The translations under genes and the position numbers were made by a program. From Adineta vaga (taxonomy: Eukaryota > Animalia > Rotifera): a stretch of DNA of 64,000 bases. Below the pieces are notes generated by a model. That model had not been told where the DNA came from. It saw nothing but the letters and a program-made list of their open reading frames with translations, and did not search any database. The stretch is taken from assembly GCA_021613535.1 (NCBI GenBank), contig CP075492.1, forward strand, positions 5,270,001 through 5,334,000, read 5' to 3'. Positions 53,001 to 64,000 of this stretch are shown here, one piece after another; within the stretch, counting starts at the first letter, position 1; each line of letters starts with the position of its first letter.

Positions 53001-56000
53001 TTTTTATCTTCTACATCAACACTCATGAAATAGTATAACTTTTGTAGGGATTGCGGTAGAAACATTAATAGAAAGTATGGTTGATCTTGTAATAGTTGCA
53101 TAGGATAAATACGATTGCCAAGTTGAGAGTATTTGTTTTCGATACAAAAGCTAAATTCCGGTTGACATCCCAAGTACGGACTAATATTATTGGTAAGCAA
53201 AATATCTGAAGTGAATGAGTTCAATGAACAACGATAGCAAAGTTTATGTACTGCTGCTGCACATGCGATAGAAATTGATATTCGTTCTCTATCTGATAAA
53301 GAAGTTTGTAATAAAAATAACTTAATAATAGATTCAATATCAGCTGACATTAGAGAAGATGTGTCAAAAGTATCATATTTGAGATCTATAATTTCAAATG
53401 GTTGTTTCAAGTAGAACCAGGTCCTTTTCAGCCGAGTAAACGCAAGTGATAATGCTTGATAATCACCATACTTTTTATAAATTGATGATTCCGATAAGCC
53501 TTTCAAACAAACTAAAGTAACAAAGGCATCGACAAGATCGATTGAAGTATCAGACGACAAGGCATTCTCTACAATACTTTCATATTCTTTGATTAGTAAT
53601 TGTAATTTAGTTGAATGTGATTCTTTATTATTAGCAAGATATTTAATTATGGATGGTATAACTGATGATTGGCGATGAATATATTTTGTTGAAAAATTAA
53701 TCTTTACCTCCAACTCTTGGGTGTCAAAACATATTCCACCACAAATTGAAATAATGATAGAAAGTATTACTGGATGCAAGTCAGACGCATTAATGCCATG
53801 TAACGAAAGATAAGCGGACAATTCATTATTGAAAAGATCAATAGGTACATGTTCTGACATGATTGTGGTTCGGAATAGTTGATCAATGATAAATTCATTC
53901 AATGTATTAATGTGATAAAAAGTCGACAATTTTTGATAGATGAGATTTATCATTGCTTCGAATTGGTTTATATTCGCATGTGATGCTTTATTGAGTTCAA
54001 TACGTAAACATTTACAAAACGTGAAAAGACGTTTATGATCAGTTTTTATATTTAATTCCATCCATTCTATGATGATATCGTTCGATAATTTACATAAATT
54101 CGGTATTAAATAGGTTTCAGAAATTGGACTATAAGGATGATCTATCAAACAGTTGAATGCAGCGAACACAACTGATTGTGAAGGTAACGTGTGTACATAA
54201 TTAATTGCATCGCAAAAAAAGAAGCGGTCCCAATGGAAACACATATATTTTGCTTGAAATAAATAATAAATTACAGAATTGATTATAATCATCGAATGAC
54301 CATTTCCAACTGATCCATTCGAGAGTCATTCTAAGTGATTCACGAAAGCGTGGATTAATACCAAATGAAAGAATATGTTTAACCAATTCTTCTATCGAAT
54401 AATTAACTGATACGAAATACTGTGATACAAAATATTCTTGAAATGATAAATGAAGAAAACCAAATGCATTTAAACCTCGTTCATCAACAATACCATTATT
54501 CGTCTTCAATAAATTAATTAAGTGAGCTGCAGTTGCTTGCAATTCTTTACGCTTGTTTGAATAACTTAGTTGCCGTAAAGATACACAACAAAGATGTTCT
54601 AGATCGAATGTATCGATAAGACCGGAAGGTGATTGTAAATGGAGATAAGTGGCAAGATTGATTAGAAAATGATATAACACATTTTTTGAAATCTTTAAAC
54701 TTTTAAATTCTTCACTGTTGAATGCTATTTCAATTGCATAATTATATACTTGTACTCGAGATTTGAATTTAATTTCTTGTGATGTTTGGAGGATCATCAT
54801 AGAAATTAATGATAATAACGAAGGATTTGATAGTAATAATTGTGAACCATTTTCAAATAGTGTTTCTATCGAATTATTTTGTGTTTTCGTAATATTTTCA
54901 ATAGTTTTCAAGTCAATTTCAATTTCTTCATCAATCAGAATACGTACTACTGATTTTTGAATAAGACTTGTCCATTCTTTTACAAATTTCTTTGCATCAT
55001 TATGCTTCAACAAAGACAACGAATAATGATGAGCTGATAAATTGGCAAAAGGACATAAATGGAAACCTACAATACGGCTGGTGACAAGTATCTGGTTACC
55101 ACCAGACATACTTGGTGGTTCTGTCTCAATAATTAGACTCTGCCAATGCTCCGATAACTTTTCAAAGATTCCATCGTCCGACGGTAAAATAAAATCAGAA
55201 CCAAACACATACTCATTCATAAAATTACTAACAAGATCAACGATTTCTTTTCTTTTTTGAATATCGGGAATTTCATCGAGTCCATCTAAAAGAATTAAAG
55301 CATGTCCATGATGAATCAATTCTCGTAGCACACTTTCATTGTCATCACAGGTATATGGTTGTGAGAACCATGTATGTTTGCCAATGTAATCAATTAATGT
55401 TTTGTTACGATTCTGTTCGAGCCATGAAGCAAATTCTCCAATTCGAATTAAAATAGGAATACGCACTATAATTCCCCGATTATTTTCGAAAATTACTTCT
55501 TCTTGATGACTATAGGCTGCCTCCGCAAAACAGCATGCAATCCATCGGAGAATACTCGTTTTAGAACTTCCTGGATCACCTAAGATTATTAACCATCGTT
55601 TTGATTGCATTGCACTAAACAGAGTCACTTTCGATTGAGTCTGATTAAATCGTGGTTCAGCAGACGGTATAAAGCTATTGAAACTGTTATTAATTCGCTT
55701 TTGTGAATTAGTATACTTGAAGAATTCTTGTTGAATATCGCTCAGCAACCGACCCGAACAATTCAGTGGTATTTCAACGTGCTTCAATTTTTGATCTAAA
55801 TTTTGTTGCTTTTCTTGAATTAATTCAGATTGTGTTAATCCAAAATTATCATTAAGAAAGCGATCTAGATCTGCTACTAACCCATGAATTTGTATTTTGG
55901 AATGAAAACAAATACAATTCTCTAGATATTCTTTAAAAAATAGTTCATGTTTGCCTAGTATCTCATTTAATTCTTTTCGCCTTCCAAAAATTTGTTGAAA

Positions 56001-56375
56001 CTTCATTTCGCGTTGTATTAACTTTTCTTCTAAGTTTATGCAGTCAAGAAACGTTTCTCGGACATTGTTTGTATGTGGTTTACCATATTCATTTTCCAGT
56101 ATGTAAAGTATATCATCATTCATATGATTCCAAAATGCTTCCTCAATCGACGAATTATAGTTCAGTAGTCGCTCTAATTGTCGAAAGAACAATTGAGCCA
56201 ACCGATTTGTCGATAAATCTAAGTTAAACAGTTGTTCAAAGAGGCTACAAATGTCATCTAATTTTGGATTGGTAACATCTTCAAATTCTGAAAGAGTAAT
56301 AAACAGATCGTCAATCGATTCGATTGCACGTTTAATAGTGTTCTTTATACTTAAATCAACATCCGATAATGACAT
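50090..56375 (-). CDS. Giant intronless NACHT (STAND) NTPase with long helical C-terminus, about 2090 aa; frameshift at 54214-54220
   Basis: Walker A ILGDPGSSKTS, RIPILIRI, Walker B LILLDGLDE, ILVTSR, NPSLL, FLHLSFQEYF; the two ORFs overlap at a T7 run on the minus strand. Confidence 0.85.
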
Positions 56376-56441
56376 GATACATTAATAACTTTAAATAATC
56401 ATGCCTCTACAACAACAGTTACTTAAATACCATGCGAATGA

Positions 56442-56466
56442 TTTCTTTTCTTTTCTTTTCTTTTCT
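56442..56466. repeat. (TTTTC)n pentanucleotide repeat upstream of the NACHT gene
   Basis: tttcttttcttttcttttcttttc. Confidence 0.7.
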
Positions 56467-56865
56467 CAATTCTCGTCAGAATTTAAACCTTGAAAATTGA
56501 TAGAACAGTAAAAAGAAAAATATGTATAAAAATAAACAGAAAAAAATAGTTAGTTCGTTTCTACGCTACGCTGAATGTGGGTATCAATTCGACGCAAGGA
56601 ATGAAAAAAAGCCAGATGGGCAATTATATTTCGTTGCTCGAGGACATATTATATTTAGTATCGATTCAAGTAATTTTTTATATGTTTTTAAATAAATATT
56701 TTCACATAATGTAACAATCTAGGACATGTCTAGTTAACCTGCGGCATTCTACCAATCATCGATTCATTAGCGCAGAATAATGTTGTTTTTTATTTCTAAT
56801 TTTTCACTATAAATAGCATGACTTTTTTTCATTAAAAAAATCATTTGATTCCAAATAACACTAGT

Positions 56866-57857
56866 ATGGGTAACGACGCATTGAAAGGTCATTCAGCTAA
56901 ATTAGGCGATGGAGGTTCGTTTTTTAACTTATATTAAACTTTTCTAATTCTCATATATGAAAATGATTTATTTTATTAGAAATTGCTGCAATTAAAGCTA
57001 ATACAAAACTGAGTGAACAAGGTAAGAAAATGTATAGAATATAATCATTGTATGTAAACTTTCGTTCCATTGTATATTTAGAAATTCGAGAAATGTTTGA
57101 GGTAAGACACTTGATCTAGTAGCTTTTAAAATCCTATTTATCGTTTTTACTTGTGCGAAGGAATTTCAACATGGAGGTGGAGCAGGCGATGGAAAAATAA
57201 CTAAACAAGAATTTCAGAAATATTATAAAAAATCTGTTGGATCTGATGATAAAGATGGTATTTTAGCCGAGTATGTTTCCTAATATTTCTTATGTATTAT
57301 TTTTATGATGATGTTTATAGTCATACATTTGCTGCATTCGATGCTAATCATGATGGTTATATTAGTTTTACTGAATTTGCTTTGGCTATCATGGCACAAA
57401 ATAAAACCGATTTAGAAGGTATATTAGATTTTTCATTTGAAGTGTAAGTTTTGATTTTAATTTCTACAAGACAATGAATTATATAAATATTGAAACTTTA
57501 GAATGGATACATCAGGTGATGGACATCTTAATTTTGATGAATTGAAAAGTTATTTAGAAAAAGCGGTATGATCTTTTCTGTGAAGATAACAAAGAAAATA
57601 AATTATATGAGTTTTCTTTTTTTCAAGATGATATTAGCAGTTGGACCAGAAGAAGCAGCTGCAATTGACTCAAATCAAACTGCTACCAGTATTTTTAAAG
57701 AATTTGGTCTTAATAAAACACAAAAAATAAATAAACAACAATTTATTCAAGGGTAATTTGATGATAAAAACTGATCGTTTTCTTATAATTGAAGAATTTT
57801 TCTTGTAGATGTAAAAAGAACAAAGAACTTGCTGATATGTTTACTGGATCTGAATAA
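56866..57857 (+). CDS. EF-hand calcium sensor (neuronal calcium sensor/recoverin-like), 8 exons, mostly missed by the ORF track
   Basis: Exons 56866-56914, 56980-57021, 57082-57101, 57161-57270, 57321-57443, 57502-57565, 57628-57752, 57809-57857 give MGN...NTKLSEQEIREMFEEF...DGKITKQEF...FAAFDANHDGYISFTEF...MDTSGDGHLNFDE...FIQGC. Confidence 0.88.
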
Positions 57858-58185
57858 ATTCATATTATTCTTTTGAATAACCGTAGTTTAATCTAATGTT
57901 TTTCTTTCACTTTTCAATAAAACAAACTGAAGATGAATATTACGAGATAAAACATAGCAATAGGGAATACTTTCTTTATATGATAATCTATACTCGAACG
58001 TCGTCAGATTATAAATAAAATAGTATATTTATACTGAATGCACTGACGTCAATTGCCTAAAAATAAAGTGACAAACAATATAGATACGCATGAATTATTA
58101 TCATATTCTCCTGTATATTTTTTTTACTATATATTCTTAGCTATACTGAAGAATCTCTGTTGTCAACACATCACCGTTATTAAAA

Positions 58186-58831
58186 ATGTTGATCATTTGC
58201 TTCGTGTTGTTTTCATTTGCATACATTGATTTAACGGATAGTGCTTCGATTGTCGATGGTTTGAGTGGTGGTCTAGGTGGTACTGTTGGTGGACTGACTG
58301 GTGGGCTCAGTGGTGGTGTTGTAGGTGGTGCCACTGGTGCTCTTGCTGGAGGTTTTGTTGGTAGTGTTGCTGGTTCTCTAACAGGAGACCCAATGGGAAG
58401 GTACAGCTGGTGGTGTCGCTGGTGGTCTTAGTGGTGGCCTCAATGGTGGACTTACAGGTGGTGCTCTAGGTGGTGCGACTGGAGCTCAACTTGGTATTGT
58501 CACTGGTGATTTAGCCGGTAATCTTCTTGGTGCTCCCACCGGTATTCTTGTTGCTGGTGCTACTGGCGGTGTCTCTGGTGCTGTCGTTGGTGGTGCTACT
58601 GGTGCTCTAACGGGTACTCTTACTGGTGCTCAAGTTAGTGTCTCTTCTGGTAGTTTACCTGGTCTCATTGGTGGTACTGCTGGTGGTCTTACTGGCGGTC
58701 TTGCCGGTGGTGCTGTTGGCGGTTTAGTTGGTGGTGCTGCTGGTGGCCTCACTGGTCATATCACTGGTAGTCTCACAGATGGTATCGTTCGACGTCGACG
58801 ACAACATTTCATTAAAGAAAAACATCATTGA
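58186..58831 (+). CDS. Secreted glycine-zipper (GxxxG repeat) protein, frameshifted near 58396
   Basis: Signal peptide, then GGLxGGxx repeats; the repeat continues in another frame (EGTAGGVAGGLSGGLNGG...) to DGIVRRRRQHFIKEKHH* at 58829-58831. Confidence 0.7.
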
Positions 58832-59009
58832 TGTCTTGAATAGCTTTCTTTGTTATTATGACGAATAAAATCAGTCAATAGTGAGTCATTTCGACGATAT
58901 GTAATTGTGTAATATATAGAAAACAACGTCGTCACTGAGTAATATGACGTGTAAGAATCAAAACATCTGTATAAATACTTTGTATAATTCTGTGTTTTAA
59001 TATTGAAGA

Positions 59010-59773
59010 ATGACAAAAGATTCTGCTTTATCTATCAATACACAGACAAAACCCATCATTGCACTTGATTGTGATGGTGTTCTTTTAGATTTTGATGCTA
59101 CTTATGCACAAATCTATGAGAAAACATTTGGTAAACAATTGACTATTGTTGCACCTAAATCATGTTGGGTAAGTGTCATTGATTTTCTTTCTCTGTGAAA
59201 AGGATTATTTTCTTCGCCGATATATCTATATAGGCTGAAACAAAATATGGTATTGCTTTGACAGATGAAGAACAATATCAATTCGATCAAGTATGGAATG
59301 AACATGGTTGGAGAACAATGCCAGTGAAGGAGGGAGCATTAGAAGCATGTCAATTATTACATCAAGCTGGTTATGAATTAGTTTGTGTTACAGCAATGTC
59401 TGCTCGTTATAGTGAACATCGATTGGAAAATTTTCGTTCACATGGCTTTCCTATTGACAAAATTATTTGTACAGGATATGATTCAAATAATATCTGTAAA
59501 AATCCCAAGAAAAAAATGATTGAAGATTTACATCCAGTTGTATTTGTCGATGATTTAAGAAGAAATTTCAAAGATATTCAAGGTGTTCATACTAAATTTG
59601 TTTTTATTGATCATGAACGAGAAGATGATCCGGATCGACATGAAACTATTTATTATGATATCAAATATCCAAGTCTATTAGCATTTGCAAAAGATTTTCT
59701 TCGAACGGATCAACATGGTGAAGATATTCTTTGGTCTGCTGAAAGACCATCTCATCTTTTTTCTTCTAAATAA
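59010..59773 (+). CDS. HAD-superfamily phosphatase (5'-(deoxy)nucleotidase-like, bacterial/phage type); exons 59010-59168, 59234-59773
   Basis: Motif I IALDCDGVLLD, motif II VCVTA, motif III Lys (NPKK), motif IV FVDD; GT-AG intron keeps frame. Confidence 0.88.
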
Positions 59774-59791
59774 ATGCATTATTGTTAAAAT

Positions 59792-62700
59792 TTATTCATT
59801 ACAATTCATGTTTAATAAAACGCGTATACTATGTATCTCTGTATCAATAAAAACAAGATCATCTTTCCCATCTAGATTAAAATCAGCCACTTTAATCGAT
59901 TGTACACATTGATTATTTATCTGTCCCACATTCATTTCATAAGATAGATAGTTTCGATCAAATAGACCTGTATTTGTTCCAATGAATATGTTGATAGTTC
60001 GATTACAATGTAAAACTACTAAATCATCAATATGATCGTTATTAAAATTAATTTTCGCGACTGATGTTGGATGACTACTAGTAAGGTACGTTTGTTGAAT
60101 GTAGCCATGATTATAAGCGAGTATAATTTGTAACGTATCTGATTGAGGTGAAATCATTGCTAAATCATCAAAATCATCAAAATTAAATTTTCCGCGAATC
60201 ATTGATAATGGATTTTCGTACATATGCACATAATTAGTTTGATAACGATATCGAACAGTACTGAAATTCAATCCAAAAAATATGTATACATCGCCTTTAA
60301 TATCGCAGATACTAAATTCATTATATTTTCCATCTCGATCGAAATCACCAATGGCAATAGAAATTACGTTCCATGAAATAGCACACAAATCACCACAGAC
60401 GAGTGTGAATCTATTTCCATTGTTAAAATTTAAAAAGATTCCAAATTTTAGACTAGTTGATTGTGTTTGATTGAACTGATTACCAACGATCAAGTCTTCA
60501 AAACCATTTCCATCAAAGTCTGCTGATTCAATGACACTAGGTCTATGTGGCGATAAACCAAATACCAAGATTTGTGGTGATGAGAAATTTAAATCAGTTG
60601 ATAGCATATTATAAAAAATAGCTATTCTACCCGATCTCGACAAGGTCACAGCTTCAATAGAATGATTCATAAATGATATTCGATTTTGTATAAAAACTTA
60701 CCTATATCTGATAGATTGTCATTGTTAAAGTCACCCGTAGTTAAATCCCATGGATACGTATTATTACCCGTTGAAAATATCTTTTGTGTTTGGAACGTTC
60801 CATTTGCATTTCCCAAAAGGACACTTAGAGAATGATTATCATAGTTTGTTACAGCTAAATCTAATATATTATCTTTATTAAAATCTGCTATGATCAATGA
60901 TTTTGGAGTTTGACCAGTCAAATAAGTATATTGTTCATACTTTAATGTTGTAAAACAAGTTTCTAAGCTTGTCAATACTGTTGTTACATCGGTTTGTGTT
61001 GAACTAGTTGTAATAGTTGTTTGATGTGTCATATGAAGTTTTTGTTTTAATTGTTCTTGATTGTTATTTCCAATCAACCAAACAATTAAAAATATAAAGG
61101 ATGTAACAATAATCCAAAAGATAAGACCAACTACGAATACTTCATCTTTTCGTTTTTGATGAATTGTATTATGTTCATTTGGTACTATTTCACGTTTCTT
61201 TTTTCGAAAGTAATATAATTTTAAAACAATTTTTGATAGACATGAAACAATCATATGTAAACCTTTCGCTAAACCGCCGACCAATCCAATAAATGTGGTA
61301 ATAACATATATTTGATTAAATTTAGTTGAATACAAATATTGACATGTTTGAGGAGCACATTCATTGAAATAAAGATCAAAGGATATTTTATAAAACCATT
61401 CTGTAACAAATAATTGATTGATTAATGTTTCAATAGTTGTATGCGGTTTTATTGTTTGAGAATAATCGGTCAATATATAAACGGGAAGAGGTTTACTATA
61501 GTAAATACCAGATTGTAATAGATCTAAACATGTTTGATTGTAGAGACATGCAAAATTTGATTGAAGAAAGGCATTCAACGCAAAACAACCAAAACGAAAA
61601 CCAGGAAGAATTTGTATTGATGATTCTTCTGATATTTGAAAACCATAGTATGAAAGAACTGAACAATTGGATTGGGTTGCGCACGAACACGTCTCGTTAT
61701 TGTATGTTTTGGGGCTAGCTAAGAGACTAAATGTACTGGAAATATTAGATCGCTGATCGATAAAAGCTGAAGGATATTGAAATAAAAATTGCCAATTTGA
61801 TTGAAATCCTGTGGCTAATTGATTTCCACGATTAATAATGTGCATTATTTGAAGAGTTTGCATGAACTCATTCGCTATAGTATTCTTGAATTGATCGATG
61901 ATTGTTTCGATTTGAATTGCAAAATCAATTGGAGAAATCAATTCTCTCGTAAAATAATCTGTTTGTTCAAATACAGATAATGATGAATTGACAATCTTTT
62001 GTGTTAAATCACAGAGAACGGATACAGTTCGAAATTGGAAACTGATCATATTACGGTAATCAGCAGCGATAGAAGCTCTCGACATAATTTGGAACGTTTT
62101 TACTAATGCATCATCCCATTCTGGTGTATTAAATATACTAGAACATATTTGATGATATTTTGGTTTCAGTTCAAGAATAAATCGATGATATTTAATTGCA
62201 ATATGATTACAAGAACATTGTAAAGTTGAAGAATATTGCTTAAGTAGATCTTGGTATTGAGATACAGTGGGTGATCGAATAATGTATGTGTTTGTCTGTT
62301 GTTTTAAGGATGTATATAGAAGAAGAATAAATAAGAAGGTGATTAATAGAATTAAATAGATTCGTGTTTTATATCGATTTTGATAGATAATTCTGATATT
62401 TTGTGATGGTGGAATAGCTGGAAAGAGATCTAATTCAATGATACGTTTTCGAATAAAACTGTTCAAAGATCGAAATCGAATTGAAATAGATTGATTTGGT
62501 GAGGGATGTCTAAAATAATTCCATAGTCTGATTAGTAGTCCAACAATTAGTGATGTTAAGAAACGTAAAATAATATTTAAACCACCAATTAAACCAAAAA
62601 TAGTTGTGAAAATATAAATCATTTGTAATCGACTTTCAATTGAGTACTGACATATCAATGGATGACATTCATGAAAATATGATTGAAATGAACTTTGATT

Positions 62701-63888
62701 ATACCATGAATGAACAAAAAGATTATTTACTAAAGATGCAATTGTTAAATGTCGCTGATCATCAGAAGAGAATGATTGAAGTATCGTAAAATTGGTTGAT
62801 GTTGAATTAATAAACTGTTGAATATAAGAAAGACATGTTTGATTATAAAAACATTCTAATGTCGATATAAGAACTGAGTGAAAAGGAAACCAAGTATGCA
62901 TCATTCCTGGAATAATAATTTCAATTGTATTATCATTAATGATTGTTTTCATGTAACATAAACTATCAGACGTAGGATTACAAATACAGCGTGATGGATA
63001 AATAGATACTACCTCACAACCAGGTTTGTCAGTAATCCAGTAATAACTTATTTTTACCCCAAGAAACGAATTACCATAGATATCAACAGTTTTATAAAAC
63101 TCGGTATTTTTCGATGAAATAAATTGATTAATATCAAAATTTGATTTAATCATTTGAGTAATAGATTGATAGGATACAAGTGTAGTTCTTTGATATTGTT
63201 CCAAAAGTAGATTAATTTGTTGTTGAAATGAACTATTACTGAGAGCTTTTTGACTAATCAATTCTTTTCGATAGAAAGAATACAATGAATCAGTGATTGT
63301 TTGATTGGCCATTTGACAAAGAGTAGACAAGAGTTGAAAATAAAATTGAGATTGTGAACGAAAATCATGTGTAAAAAGTACTGTTGAAGGTAATTTCATA
63401 AATTCGATATTAATCCATTCAGAAGATATGAATTTACTTGAACAAATTTCATGAAATTGTGGTTCGAGTAAAGAAATAACTTGAGAATATTTAATTGTAT
63501 TTTGTGAACATGGACAATTCAATGTTAATGGATATTGTTGATAAAGCTGAAGAAATTGTGATAATGTTGGTGAGTTAACAGTAAATGTTGTTAGAGGTGT
63601 TTTAATCATATTGAATAGAATCAGAATAATTAAAGAAATAGATAAGAAAAGAAGATAGATTCGTGTAATTAATCGTTCTTGTTGTAGTTTATGTTCGTCA
63701 GTAGTTGATGGAGTTTTTTCAAAAAGATTCAATGTAATTAGTTTTTTTTTACACCATCGAGAGAAAAGAAGTACTTCTATAGAATAATGGAAAGAAGAAT
63801 TATGCATGAATGAAAAAATTTCTAATTTATACTGTTTCCTTCTTGTAATTGTATATGACGTTGTTGTTTCCGTTGAATTAAACTCCAT
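59792..63888 (-). CDS. Two tandem 2-TM Cys-rich units, an extra TM, Thr stalk and FG-GAP/VCBS beta-propeller; intron 60701-60652
   Basis: Units homologous to the 28242 gene (TRIYL, L.C.C, H.ICSS, C.P..CQY, GL.GGL); FG-GAP repeats ADFNKDNILDLAV, GDFNNDNLSDI, ADFNLDGKDDLV. Confidence 0.82.
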
Positions 63889-64000
63889 GTGATTCGAACA
63901 AGTAATGGCGCGAGAATTTTAATTGTTGATGACAATCCACCGAATAAACCAATCAATAATGTGATAATATGTAAAAATGAATGTTTAATACTATTTGTAT

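Noticed and set aside
58240-58790. Collagen or snow-flea-type antifreeze protein
   Set aside because: Gly periodicity is four (GxxxG), not Gly-X-Y triplets.
1-64000. Prokaryotic origin, operons or a bacterial defence island
   Set aside because: Many genes need GT-AG spliceosomal introns, and animal-type families (GPCRs, Ly6, Fem-1, NCS) are interleaved with the foreign-looking genes.
1-64000. CRISPR array, rRNA, tRNA, transposase or reverse transcriptase
   Set aside because: No repeat-spacer array, structured-RNA signature or TE coding motif was recognised by eye; small non-autonomous elements cannot be excluded.
1-64000. Alternative genetic code or stop-codon readthrough explaining in-frame stops
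   Set aside because: TAA, TAG and TGA all terminate intact genes, and the in-frame stops mostly co-occur with other lesions.

Overview
AT-rich, gene-dense eukaryotic (animal) genomic DNA with short (mostly about 50-65 nt) GT-AG introns. The gene families present point to a bdelloid rotifer (Adineta/Rotaria-like); this is inference, not proven. They include NHL-repeat proteins, F-box/LRR-like proteins, ART-TPR, a large intronless NACHT, an ARM-TIR, divergent GPCRs, Fem-1-like ankyrin, Hint/Hog, and several bacterial/fungal-type genes carrying spliceosomal introns. About 31 genes or pseudogenes were reconstructed by hand, several with exons missing from the ORF track. Highlights: (1) a caspase-fold/SEA-like/NEURL4-type PARP-like ART fusion; (2) a membrane-anchored mucin-Hint-SRR-TM autoprocessing protein; (3) two giant proteins built from tandem 2-TM Cys-rich ectodomain units, one with exactly three units; (4) an R-S-E ART fused to a receiver-like domain; (5) a cluster of NAD+-consuming and immune-type genes; (6) several HGT candidates; (7) many frameshifted, nonsense or internally deleted genes. 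No rRNA, tRNA, CRISPR array or recognisable transposon was seen. All family calls are from motif recognition without database searches.
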